The notes beneath the pieces are model-generated. The model saw only the letters and a program-made list of their open reading frames with translations, did no database searches and was not told the DNA's origin. Position numbers and translations under genes: made by a program. A stretch of DNA of 64,000 bases from an uncultured Gammaproteobacteria bacterium (GTDB taxonomy: Bacteria > Pseudomonadota > Gammaproteobacteria > Poriferisulfidales > GCA-002705445), in contig CAJWIN010000001.1 in the NCBI GenBank assembly GCA_913042035.1, positions 9,357 to 73,356 on the forward strand, written 5' to 3'. How positions within the stretch are numbered: position 1 is the first letter of the stretch; each line of letters starts with the position of its first letter. Below are positions 18,377-28,286 of this stretch, in pieces.

Positions 18377-19455
18377 ATAAAAAAATAATAGTTGGTATTT
18401 CTGGTGGCGTAGATTCTGCGGTTTCACTAAAAATTTTGTATGATCAAGGTTATGATGTTGAAGCTTTGTATATGAAAAACTGGGACGAAGATGATGCTGA
18501 AAGTGGCTGTAATGCTGAAGAAGATCTTGAATATGCTTTAGATGTGACTCAAAAATTAAATGTAAAGCTTCACACCGCAAATTTCTCAGATCAGTACTGG
18601 AATAATATCTTCTTAGATTTTATTGATTGCTATAAAAACGGCTTAACTCCAAACCCTGATGTACTATGCAATAAATATATAAAGTTTAAAGTATTTATCG
18701 ACCATGCAAAAAATCTAGGAGCGCAAAAAATAGCTACTGGTCATTATGCTAAAATAATTAAAGAAAATTCCTCATATTTTCTAACAACACCTAAAGATAT
18801 TGAAAAAGATCAAACATATTTTCTTCATACCCTTAATCAAAACCAGCTTTCTAAAACATTATTTCCTCTTTCTGATATAAAAAAATCTGAAGTTAAAAAT
18901 ATCGCAAAAAAATCAGGTTTCAGATCCTACGATAAAAAAGAAAGTATGGGTATTTGTTTTATTGGCAACAAAAAATTTAAAAGATTTATTGGCAAATACA
19001 TAAAAAATAAACCTGGTGATATTGTTAACGAGAATAATGAAATTATTGGAAAACACAATGGTATATTTTATACGACTATTGGACAAAGAGAAGGAATAGG
19101 TATTGGGGGAATGAAAAATTCTAAAAATCTTCCATGGTATGTCTATAAGAAAGATATTGAAAATAATAAACTGTTTGTTTGTCAAGGAAATGACAATGAG
19201 CTATTATTTCATGAAACTATTTTTATTAAAGACTTAGATATCACTAGTTCAGATATTAAAGATATTTCAAATAAAAACATTTTGTGCCAAGTGAGACATT
19301 TAGGTGAAAAATACAAATGCTCTATAGATATTTTAAAAGAAAATTTATTTTCTGTTAAATCTAAAAAATTAATTAGAGCTCCAGCGCAAGGCCAATCCCT
19401 AGTGATCTTTGAAGATAATAAATGTTTAGGCGGAGGTATCATTACAGATGGTTAA
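18373..19455 (+). CDS. mnmA: tRNA-specific 2-thiouridylase MnmA.
   Basis: PP-loop IIVGISGGVDSAVS. 360 aa. Confidence 0.93.
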   Translation: MNKKIIVGISGGVDSAVSLKILYDQGYDVEALYMKNWDEDDAESGCNAEEDLEYALDVTQKLNVKLHTANFSDQYWNNIFLDFIDCYKNGLTPNPDVLCNKYIKFKVFIDHAKNLGAQKIATGHYAKIIKENSSYFLTTPKDIEKDQTYFLHTLNQNQLSKTLFPLSDIKKSEVKNIAKKSGFRSYDKKESMGICFIGNKKFKRFIGKYIKNKPGDIVNENNEIIGKHNGIFYTTIGQREGIGIGGMKNSKNLPWYVYKKDIENNKLFVCQGNDNELLFHETIFIKDLDITSSDIKDISNKNILCQVRHLGEKYKCSIDILKENLFSVKSKKLIRAPAQGQSLVIFEDNKCLGGGIITDG

Positions 19456-20056
19456 AATTAGCAATGATTACATAACGTCTTTGATAGCTATGCTACAGAG
19501 TGTTTATATTGTAGACAGAATTGCCACAACAGATCATGACGCAACAAATGAATCAGATTTTTTAATTCAAAGTATTTATACAAAAAATACATTTGATGCA
19601 GATAAAATTTATCCACAAAAAACATCTCTTGTAGAAGGTTGTAAGCTATTGAAAGATATTCTTCGCGGTAAAAACGATATTTCAGTTCTTACAATGCAAA
19701 AATATGCTTTGAACATAATTTTAATTCAAAAAAATATAAATAAAATCAGTGATTTAAAAAATATGATTGGAAAAAAAATTGATAATTACCAAGATAATAG
19801 TATGATAGCTACAAATTTAAATGACCAGATTGCGTACTCAGAGGAAATATACAAAGAATATGTCGGCATCATAAGACCAAGGGTTGTGATTTCTGGGAAA
19901 AAAGAATATTTGAATAAAAATTCTTCTTTAATAAGGGCCTTACTTTTGAGTGGAATAAGAGCTGCCTTTTTATGGGATTACCATGGTGGTTCAAAGTGGC
20001 ACCTCATGTTTAGAAGAAAAGAAATTTTAAATAAATGTGAAAATTATTTTATTTAA
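19448..20056 (+). CDS. hflD: HflD-like protein (high frequency of lysogenisation D family).
   Basis: The C-terminal LIRALLLSGIRAAFLWDYHGGSKWHLMFRRKEIL aligns with E. coli HflD [32 protein letters not shown]. It follows mnmA as in gamma- and beta-proteobacteria. Confidence 0.6.
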   Translation: MVKISNDYITSLIAMLQSVYIVDRIATTDHDATNESDFLIQSIYTKNTFDADKIYPQKTSLVEGCKLLKDILRGKNDISVLTMQKYALNIILIQKNINKISDLKNMIGKKIDNYQDNSMIATNLNDQIAYSEEIYKEYVGIIRPRVVISGKKEYLNKNSSLIRALLLSGIRAAFLWDYHGGSKWHLMFRRKEILNKCENYFI

Positions 20057-20077
20057 TTTAAACAAGGATAAATTCTA

Positions 20078-22714
20078 ATGAAAAATAGTTTCAATACAAA
20101 AAGAGAAATTAAGTGTGGGAATAAAAAATATACAATATTTGATATCTCAAAAATTAACGGCTCAGAAAAGCTCCCCTACTCTATAAAAATACTTTTAGAA
20201 AATTTAGTTAGAAACGAAGATGATCAAACAGTAACAAAGGACGATATTTTATCAATTATAGATTGGCATAATCATGCCACAAAAAAAGAGATAGCTTATA
20301 GGCCAGCAAGAGTTTTAATGCAAGATTTTACTGGTGTTCCAGCTGTTGTTGACTTAGCAGCCATGCGAGACGCAATTAAAAAACTTGGTAAAAGCCCTAG
20401 TGACATTAATCCTTTGCAGCCAGCCGAATTAGTAATTGATCACTCTGTACAGGTAGATAATTTTGGCTCAAATAAAGCGTTTGGCTTAAATGCAAAACTT
20501 GAATATGAAAGAAACTTTGAAAGATACAAATTTTTAAAGTGGGGACAATCAGCATTTTCAAATTTTAAAGTTGTTCCGCCAGATACTGGCATAGTTCACC
20601 AAATAAATATTGAGTTTCTAGCAAGGTGTATTTTTACAAAAAATATAGAAGGGAATGAGTATGCATATCCTGATACAGTTGTTGGAACTGATTCTCATAC
20701 TACAATGATAAATGGTATTGGAGTTCTTGGATGGGGTGTAGGTGGGATTGAAGCAGAAGCTTCAATGTTAGGTCAGCCTATTTCTATGTTAATTCCAAAA
20801 GTAGTTGGCTTTAAATTAACTGGAAAAGTTTCAGAAGGCGTAACGGCAACCGATCTTGTTTTGAATATTGTAGAAATGCTTAGAGCACACGGAGTTGTTG
20901 GTAAATTTGTTGAATTTTATGGAGATGGATTAGATAACTTATCATTGGGTGATAGAGCAACAATTGCAAATATGGCTCCAGAATACGGTGCAACTTGTGG
21001 GATATTTCCGATAGATGATGAAACTCTAGACTATATGAAATTATCAAATAGAGACGAATCTCAAATTGACTTAATCAAAAAATATTCTGAAGAAGTAGGC
21101 CTAACTAGAAATGACTGCAATGACGCAATATATTCTGAAAGTATCGAGTTAGATGTATCAACGGTCTTACCATCAATCGCAGGTCCAAAAAGGCCTCAAG
21201 ATAGAATTAATTTAAAAGATGCCAAGGCTTCTTTTGAAAAAGAACTTGCTGTACTTGACCCAAAAAATAAAGGATCAGAAATTACTATTGAAGATGAAAA
21301 CTTTACTATAAATAATGGGGATATTGTAATAGCGGCAATTACCTCTTGCACGAATACTTCTAATCCAGGGGTTATGATTGCTGCGGGGCTTGTAGCAAAA
21401 AAAGCTAGAGCTCTTGGGTTAAAAAGAAAACCTTGGGTGAAAACGTCATTAGCTCCAGGGTCAATGGTAGTTACTGAATATCTAAAAAATTCTAATCTCT
21501 TAACACCCATGGAAGAACTTGGCTTTCATAATGTTGGGTATGGATGTGCTACATGTATTGGGAATTCAGGGCCATTAATTAAAGAAATTAGTGACGGAAT
21601 AAAAGAGAATGACATAGTTGCTGCTTCAGTACTTTCAGGAAATAGAAACTTTGAAGGTAGAGTTCATGCTGAAGTAAAATTAAACTATTTGGCATCGCCT
21701 CCATTAGTAATAGCCTATGCGATAGCTGGCTCTATGAATATTGATATCACTTCAGAACCTATTTCAGTAACTGATAACGGAAAAGAAATATTTTTAAAAG
21801 ATATATGGCCATCTAATTCTGAAATTAATGAAATATTAAAATCTTCACTAACGTCTGAACAATTTAGAAAATCGTATGAGAATATTTACGATGGTGAAAA
21901 AGAATGGAAAGAAATAAATGTCACAAAAAATAATCAATACGAATGGGATGAATCAACATATATAGCGAACCCTCCTTATTTTGAAAATATGTCTCAAGAA
22001 GATATTGTTTTAGACGAGATTAAATCAGCGAGAGTACTTGCTTATTTGGGCGACTCTGTAACAACTGATCATATATCTCCAGCGGGTAATATTAAAGAGG
22101 ATAGCCCTGCGGGAAGATATCTTATTAGTAAAAACGTAAAACCAAATCAATTTAATTCCTATGGTTCTAGAAGAGGAAATCATCAAGTCATGATGAGAGG
22201 TACATTTGCTAACATTAGATTAAAAAATAAATTAGTTCCGCATATTGAAGGTGGTTACACAATTCATATGCCATCAAATATAGAAATGCCAATATTCGAT
22301 GCAGCTACGGAATATAAAAAAGAATCTGTACCAACAATTATTATTGCCGGCAAAGAATATGGAAGTGGCTCTTCGAGAGATTGGGCTGCGAAAGGACCAA
22401 AGCTTCAAGGTGTAGCAGCTGTACTAACTGAAAGCTTTGAAAGAATTCATAGGTCTAATCTTGTAGGAATGGGAATACTGCCCTTGCAATTTAAAGATGG
22501 CGAGAATGCAGATACATACAATATTAATGGTACTGAAGAATTTACAATTAGTGGAATCAAAAGCGGTGAAGCTAAAACTGTAAAAATTACTGCAGATAAT
22601 GGAATAGAAAAGAAATCATTTGAAGTTAACGTAAGAATAGACACTCCTCAAGAAGTTAAATACTTCAAAAGTGGAGGAATTTTACAATATGTATTAAAGC
22701 AAATTGCAGCTTAA
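20078..22714 (+). CDS. acnA: Aconitate hydratase A.
   Basis: 878 aa. Fe-S ligands and aconitase family motifs (GTDSHTTM, SCTNTSNP, GCATCIGNSG, and SGNRNFEGR in the swivel domain). Confidence 0.95.
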   Translation: MKNSFNTKREIKCGNKKYTIFDISKINGSEKLPYSIKILLENLVRNEDDQTVTKDDILSIIDWHNHATKKEIAYRPARVLMQDFTGVPAVVDLAAMRDAIKKLGKSPSDINPLQPAELVIDHSVQVDNFGSNKAFGLNAKLEYERNFERYKFLKWGQSAFSNFKVVPPDTGIVHQINIEFLARCIFTKNIEGNEYAYPDTVVGTDSHTTMINGIGVLGWGVGGIEAEASMLGQPISMLIPKVVGFKLTGKVSEGVTATDLVLNIVEMLRAHGVVGKFVEFYGDGLDNLSLGDRATIANMAPEYGATCGIFPIDDETLDYMKLSNRDESQIDLIKKYSEEVGLTRNDCNDAIYSESIELDVSTVLPSIAGPKRPQDRINLKDAKASFEKELAVLDPKNKGSEITIEDENFTINNGDIVIAAITSCTNTSNPGVMIAAGLVAKKARALGLKRKPWVKTSLAPGSMVVTEYLKNSNLLTPMEELGFHNVGYGCATCIGNSGPLIKEISDGIKENDIVAASVLSGNRNFEGRVHAEVKLNYLASPPLVIAYAIAGSMNIDITSEPISVTDNGKEIFLKDIWPSNSEINEILKSSLTSEQFRKSYENIYDGEKEWKEINVTKNNQYEWDESTYIANPPYFENMSQEDIVLDEIKSARVLAYLGDSVTTDHISPAGNIKEDSPAGRYLISKNVKPNQFNSYGSRRGNHQVMMRGTFANIRLKNKLVPHIEGGYTIHMPSNIEMPIFDAATEYKKESVPTIIIAGKEYGSGSSRDWAAKGPKLQGVAAVLTESFERIHRSNLVGMGILPLQFKDGENADTYNINGTEEFTISGIKSGEAKTVKITADNGIEKKSFEVNVRIDTPQEVKYFKSGGILQYVLKQIAA

Positions 22715-22715
22715 T

Positions 22716-24122
22716 TTATTTTATTCCGCCTTTTGTTAATTCTAATGGGTCCAAAATTTTCTTAAGTTCCTTTTCTGGAATATTTGTTTCTTCTATTGCT
22801 ACATCAATAATAGGCACGCCAAGCTTATATGCCTTTTTTGCTATATAAGCGCCCTTTTCATATCCAATTATCCTATTTAAAGCTGTTACAAGAATAGGGT
22901 TTGTATGCACTGATTTTTCAATTTCAGATTTATTAACTTCAAAACTTAAAATTGCTTTTTTTGAAATACTTATTGCTGTATTTGATATTAAGTTTGTGCT
23001 TTGAATAATATTATATGCAATTATTGGCAAGGTGACATTAAGCTGAAAATTACCGGACTGCCCGCAAATCATTATGGTTGTATCATTACCAATAACTTGT
23101 GAGCAAGCCATTATTGAAGATTCTGAAATAACTGGATTAACTTTGCCTGGCATAATACTACTACCAGGTTGTAATGCTTTTAATTTAATATCTGAAATTC
23201 CCGAGTCGGGTCCTGAATTCATCCATCTCAAATCATTTGCTATCTTAATTAAAGATACTGCTATAGATTTAAGATGTGAACTATATAAAACTGCATCATC
23301 TTGTGAACTTAGACCCTCAAATTTATTTTTTTTACCAACATATTTAACTCTGCTTTCTTTATTAATAGCTGTTAAAAATTCTTTTGCAAATAATTTGTGC
23401 GCATTAATTCCAGTTCCTACAGCAGTTCCACCAATTGGTAGCCTTTTTAATCTACTTAAACAATTCTTTAAGCTAGAAATATTATCATCAATTTGCGCTT
23501 TCCAGCCTGATAGCTCTTGGCCAAATGTTATTGGCATAGCATCCATTAAGTGTGTTCTTCCTGTCTTAACTATTTTATTTAGTTTTTTAGATTTTATGCC
23601 TATATCTTTAGACAAAATAGTTAATGACGGTAATAATTTTGATATTGCTAAAAAATATGCACAATGATTTATAGCTGTTGGAATAACATCGTTTGAACTT
23701 TGTGACATATTTACATGATCATTTGGATGAACATTAATCTTAAATTTAGTTTTAGCTACATTCGAAATAACTTCATTTATATTCATATTTGTACTTGTTC
23801 CTGAACCAGTCTGAAAAACATCTACAGGAAAATTTTCTTGGTTATAATTAGATATTAAATATTCAGCACTATTAGTAATGGCAGTAGAAATTTTCTTGTC
23901 TATTAATTTTAATTTAAAATTAGCTTTAGCAGCAGCCTTCTTAATTAATAAAGCGCTAATAATAAATTCTTTAGGCATGACTAGGTCGCTAATATCAAAG
24001 TTATCAATAGCTCTTTGTGTTTGTGGCCCATAAAGTGCACTTTTAGGTATTTTTACTTTACCCATGCTATCACTTTCAGTTCTACAGTTATTTTTTGATT
24101 TCTTCATATTGAATATTCTCAT
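22716..24122 (-). CDS. fumC: Fumarate hydratase class II.
   Basis: Signature GSSIMPGKVNPV and B-site GSGTSTNMN. The longest ORF starts MRIFNMKKSK; the true start may be the ATG at 24107. Confidence 0.95.
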   Translation of the reverse strand: MRIFNMKKSKNNCRTESDSMGKVKIPKSALYGPQTQRAIDNFDISDLVMPKEFIISALLIKKAAAKANFKLKLIDKKISTAITNSAEYLISNYNQENFPVDVFQTGSGTSTNMNINEVISNVAKTKFKINVHPNDHVNMSQSSNDVIPTAINHCAYFLAISKLLPSLTILSKDIGIKSKKLNKIVKTGRTHLMDAMPITFGQELSGWKAQIDDNISSLKNCLSRLKRLPIGGTAVGTGINAHKLFAKEFLTAINKESRVKYVGKKNKFEGLSSQDDAVLYSSHLKSIAVSLIKIANDLRWMNSGPDSGISDIKLKALQPGSSIMPGKVNPVISESSIMACSQVIGNDTTIMICGQSGNFQLNVTLPIIAYNIIQSTNLISNTAISISKKAILSFEVNKSEIEKSVHTNPILVTALNRIIGYEKGAYIAKKAYKLGVPIIDVAIEETNIPEKELKKILDPLELTKGGIK

Positions 24123-24190
24123 ATTTAAACATTATTTATTTAATTATAGTATAATCTATTCGTACATTACTACAGTAAAATTACGAAATA

Positions 24191-25570
24191 ATGAATAAAA
24201 ACAATGAATTCACATTAATGTCAATATCGCCAATAGATGGTAGATATTCACATCAAATTGATCCAGAAATTAAGAAGATAAACAGTGAGTTCGGATTAAT
24301 AAAATATAGAGTCCATGTTGAAGTTAGCTGGTTTATATTTTTATTATCACTAGCTCCAATAAAAAAAAAGTTTGGTATTGATAAAAACGAAAAAAATTAT
24401 TTAATAAAAATTAGTAAAAATTTTAGCTTGAAAGATGCTCTTGAGATTAAAGAGATAGAGAAAAAAATAAATCATGACGTTAAATCAGTAGAATATTTTT
24501 TAAAAAGTAAGTTCGATAAACATAAAACATTAAAAAATAAAAAAGAATTAATTCACTTTTGCGCAACTTCTGAAGATATAAATAATATTTCTTACGCATT
24601 AATGTATATTGATTCTAGAAAAATTCTTCTAAAAAAACTAAATGAAGTTTTTAGTATATTAAAAAAATATGAAAAAAAATATGCTAATACTGCAATGTTA
24701 TCTAGGACTCACGGTCAAAAAGCTTCGCCGACAACTTTTGGTAAGGAGTTAAAAGTATTTTCTTCTAGGCTTAAAAAACAATCTACGTTCATGGAAAAAA
24801 GATTTGTTTATGCGAAAATAAACGGTGCAGTTGGAAACTTTAATGCTCATCATATGGTTTTACCTGAAATTAAATGGGACGCTGAAACCAAGAAATTTTT
24901 ATCTAGTTTAGGATTAAAACAAAATATTCATACAACTCAAATAGAAAACCATGACTGGCTTTCAGAGGCACTGAACGATATAAGTATGATATCGACTATT
25001 CTTTTAGATTTTTCTAAAGATATTTGGATCTACATTATGCTAGATTACATCAAACAAAAAAAAATTAATTCTGAAGTTGGCTCATCAACCATGCCACATA
25101 AAGTAAATCCTATAGATTTTGAAAATGCTGAAGGTAATCTTGAAATAACGATCGCTCTATCCCAATCAATAAGCAAAAAACTTATGATTTCAAGACTTCA
25201 AAGAGATTTAACTGATTCTACAGTTCTAAGAAATTTAGGCGTAATATACTCACATTTTTATTTATCTTTAACATCTCTTATAAAAGGAATGAATAAAATA
25301 GATTTAAATATTAAAAAAATTGATTGTGATTTAAATGAAAGCTGGGAAGTTCTAGCAGAACCAATACAAACAGTAATGAGATATTATAATATAGAAAATA
25401 GTTATGATATTTTAAAAGAAAAAACTCGTGGCAGAACTATAGATCACGATTCTATAGTAGAAATAATCAATGAGTGTGATCTTGATAATAATGTTAAAAA
25501 GAAGTTATTAAACCTTAAACCAAACGAATATATTGGCTTAGCAAAAAAACTTGCATTGAAGAATAATTAA
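24191..25570 (+). CDS. purB: Adenylosuccinate lyase.
   Basis: Fumarate-lyase superfamily with GSSTMPHKVNP signature. 459 aa, PurB-type. Confidence 0.93.
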   Translation: MNKNNEFTLMSISPIDGRYSHQIDPEIKKINSEFGLIKYRVHVEVSWFIFLLSLAPIKKKFGIDKNEKNYLIKISKNFSLKDALEIKEIEKKINHDVKSVEYFLKSKFDKHKTLKNKKELIHFCATSEDINNISYALMYIDSRKILLKKLNEVFSILKKYEKKYANTAMLSRTHGQKASPTTFGKELKVFSSRLKKQSTFMEKRFVYAKINGAVGNFNAHHMVLPEIKWDAETKKFLSSLGLKQNIHTTQIENHDWLSEALNDISMISTILLDFSKDIWIYIMLDYIKQKKINSEVGSSTMPHKVNPIDFENAEGNLEITIALSQSISKKLMISRLQRDLTDSTVLRNLGVIYSHFYLSLTSLIKGMNKIDLNIKKIDCDLNESWEVLAEPIQTVMRYYNIENSYDILKEKTRGRTIDHDSIVEIINECDLDNNVKKKLLNLKPNEYIGLAKKLALKNN

Positions 25571-25571
25571 A

Positions 25572-26957
25572 ATGAAGTACTGTAGTACAAGAAATTCAAA
25601 TTTAGAAAAATCATTTGATGAAATAATTATAGAGGGCCTAGCTCAAGATGGTGGTTTATATATGCCAAAAGAGTGGCCAAAAATAGATCTAAACAAGATT
25701 TTAAATAATAAATCTATTACATACCCAGAACTTGCTAAAATAATTATTAAAAACTATGTTGGTAACACAATAAAGGATTCAGAACTTTTAGAAATTGCTG
25801 AAAATACATACGAAGTATTCTCACATAAAAAAATAGCTCCATTAATTAATATTGAAAATAATAAGTTTATCCTAGAGCTATTTCATGGGCCAACATATGC
25901 TTTTAAAGACTATCCATTACAAATGCTTGGAAATCTATTTCAGTATTATTTAAATCAAAAAGATAAAAGTATTACAGTGATTGGTGCTACATCAGGAGAT
26001 ACTGGATCTGCTGCTATAGATGCTTGCAAAGACAAAGAAAATATAAAAATTTTTATATTGCATCCAAAAAATAAAACTTCTGATATCCAAAGAAAACAAA
26101 TGACTACAATTAAATCTAGCAATGTTTACAATATAGCAATTAATGGAACCTTTGATGATTGTCAAAACATTATTAAAAAGTTATTTGTTTCTGATGATCT
26201 AAGGTCAAAAACAACTTTATCTGCGATAAATTCTATAAATTGGGCTCGAATAATATCTCAATCAGTTTATTTTTTTTGGGCATACATTCAGGCCGCTCAA
26301 TACAATAAAAAAGTTAATTTCATTGTTCCTACAGGAAACTTTGGCAACGTATACGCAGCTCATATTTCTGGGACTATGGGCTTACCAATCGAAAAATTAT
26401 ATGTTGCTACAAATTCTAATGATATTATGCATAGAACTATCTCTAATGGCGATATGTCTTTAAAAGATGTAAAAAGCACAATTAGTCCTAGTATGGATAT
26501 ACAAATATCAAGTAACTTTGAAAGGCAACTATTTGAATCTATGAACTATAACTCAACGGAATTAAATCAATTAATGCTTTCATTTACCAAGAATAAAAAA
26601 TATGATCTTCAAGGAAAAATTCATAATAATTTAAAATTATACTACAAATCAAAAGGAGTTAATGACAGTATTACATCTGAAACTATTAAAATTTTCTATG
26701 ATAAGTATAATTATATTTCTGACCCACATACAGCTACAAGCTTAAATATTTTAAGCGAACTTAATAATCAAGACATAAATATTGCTTTAGCGTGTGCTCA
26801 TCCTTCAAAATTCCCTGATTCTATTGAAAAATCAATTGGGATTTTACCTGAACAGCCTAAGAATTTGAAAAAAATTCTTGATTCGAAAGAGAAGTACATT
26901 AATTTAGATAATAATTTGAGTGAAGTTAAAGAATACATAGTTGAGAATCTAATCTAA
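25572..26957 (+). CDS. thrC: Threonine synthase (long form).
   Basis: PLP-lysine motif FHGPTYAFKD. 461 aa. Adjacent to hom. Confidence 0.9.
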   Translation: MKYCSTRNSNLEKSFDEIIIEGLAQDGGLYMPKEWPKIDLNKILNNKSITYPELAKIIIKNYVGNTIKDSELLEIAENTYEVFSHKKIAPLINIENNKFILELFHGPTYAFKDYPLQMLGNLFQYYLNQKDKSITVIGATSGDTGSAAIDACKDKENIKIFILHPKNKTSDIQRKQMTTIKSSNVYNIAINGTFDDCQNIIKKLFVSDDLRSKTTLSAINSINWARIISQSVYFFWAYIQAAQYNKKVNFIVPTGNFGNVYAAHISGTMGLPIEKLYVATNSNDIMHRTISNGDMSLKDVKSTISPSMDIQISSNFERQLFESMNYNSTELNQLMLSFTKNKKYDLQGKIHNNLKLYYKSKGVNDSITSETIKIFYDKYNYISDPHTATSLNILSELNNQDINIALACAHPSKFPDSIEKSIGILPEQPKNLKKILDSKEKYINLDNNLSEVKEYIVENLI

Positions 26958-26958
26958 A

Positions 26959-28278
26959 CTACGAATCTAATTCCTCTATTCTGATTTTTACTATTTTTCC
27001 TTTTACAACTTCTAAATTCTCGATGTCTTTAAGTGCATCAATAATATTTTTCTCTAAAACTTCATGTGTCACTAACACAATAGGAACATTTGTATCATTG
27101 ATTAAATCTTCTTTTTGAAGAATTGATTCTATACTTATAGATTTTTTACCAAAAATTTTTGTAATATCTGCAAGAACACCGGGCTTATTTGTAACCCTTA
27201 TTCTTAAATAATACCTAGAAACTATTTCGTTAATATCTAGAATTCTTTTATTTTTCAATTCATCGTTATGATAACTTAAAAATGGAATACTATTACTTGA
27301 CTTGGATATTATTTTTCTTCCTATGTCGATTATATCTGAAGCAACTGATGAGGCTGTGGCTAAACTTCCAGCACCAGCTCCATAATACAGTGTTGGGCCA
27401 GCAGCATCAGAAGATACAACAACAGCGTTTTTAACACCATCTACATTTGCTAGTAATCTTTTTTCGGGTATTAAACATGAGTGAACTCTTAGCTCAATTC
27501 CATCTTTGTTTTTTCTACCTATAGCTAAATGTTTTATCGAGTATCCAAGTTCCCTAGCATAATTTAAATCATCTAACTCAATATCTTCTATTCCTTCAAC
27601 GTGAATTGAATTAAAATCCAAAGGTATGCCAAAGCATAAAGAGGACAAAATTGTTAATTTATGTGCAGCATCTATACCGCCAACATCAAACGATGGATCA
27701 GCTTCAGCATAACCAAGATCTTGAGCCTCCTTCAAAACCATATTAAAATCTTTTTTTGATTTTAACATCTCTGTTAAAATATAGTTTGTAGTTCCATTAA
27801 TAATACCAGCGATCCAATTAATATCATTAGCGTTTAAAGATTCTCTTATAATCCTGATAATTGGAACAGCGCCGGCAACTGAGGCTTCATAGTAAATATC
27901 AGAATTATTATGATTAGATATTTTAGAAATTTCATTTCCATGAAGAGCTACTAAGGCTTTGTTAGCAGACACTACATGAATATTATTTTTCAGTGCTTTT
28001 ATGACTAAATCTTTTGCGGTTGTTTCTCCACCAATAAGCTCTACAAGAATATCAATAGATTCTTTATCTATCATTTCTAATGGGTCTGAATAAAACCTTA
28101 ATCCGCTTATATCGCAATCTCTTTTTTTAGTTTTATCACTCGCAGAAATACATTCTATTTTAATTTCAAATCCACTTCTTTTTGAAATCTCTTCATTATT
28201 TTTTTTTAAAAGATTAAGAACGCCACTACCAACAGTACCTAAGCCTGCTATGCCAATTTTTATTACTCTATTTTCCAT
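26959..28278 (-). CDS. hom: Homoserine dehydrogenase with C-terminal ACT domain.
   Basis: N-terminal Rossmann GIAGLGTVGSG, the central Hom catalytic region and a C-terminal ACT domain. 439 aa. Confidence 0.92.
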   Translation of the reverse strand: MENRVIKIGIAGLGTVGSGVLNLLKKNNEEISKRSGFEIKIECISASDKTKKRDCDISGLRFYSDPLEMIDKESIDILVELIGGETTAKDLVIKALKNNIHVVSANKALVALHGNEISKISNHNNSDIYYEASVAGAVPIIRIIRESLNANDINWIAGIINGTTNYILTEMLKSKKDFNMVLKEAQDLGYAEADPSFDVGGIDAAHKLTILSSLCFGIPLDFNSIHVEGIEDIELDDLNYARELGYSIKHLAIGRKNKDGIELRVHSCLIPEKRLLANVDGVKNAVVVSSDAAGPTLYYGAGAGSLATASSVASDIIDIGRKIISKSSNSIPFLSYHNDELKNKRILDINEIVSRYYLRIRVTNKPGVLADITKIFGKKSISIESILQKEDLINDTNVPIVLVTHEVLEKNIIDALKDIENLEVVKGKIVKIRIEELDS

Positions 28279-28286
28279 ATTTTTTA

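Noticed and set aside
18302-19442. Minus-strand ORFs (18302-18580, 18913-19185, 19209-19442) opposite the NUDIX and mnmA genes.
   Set aside because: They are nested antisense to well-supported plus-strand genes, are His/Gln/Leu low-complexity, and have no start context.
23074-23667. 197-aa plus-strand ORF inside fumC.
   Set aside because: It is fully nested antisense to a highly conserved class II fumarase. Its product is low-complexity and Leu/Ile/Ser-rich with no motif. Long antisense ORFs of this kind are typical opposite strongly conserved genes.
24107-24122. N-terminal MRIFN extension of fumC.
   Set aside because: It is probably just the longest-ORF artefact. The homologous start is likely the ATG at 24107 (MKKSKNN..ESDSMG). 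This does not affect the call.
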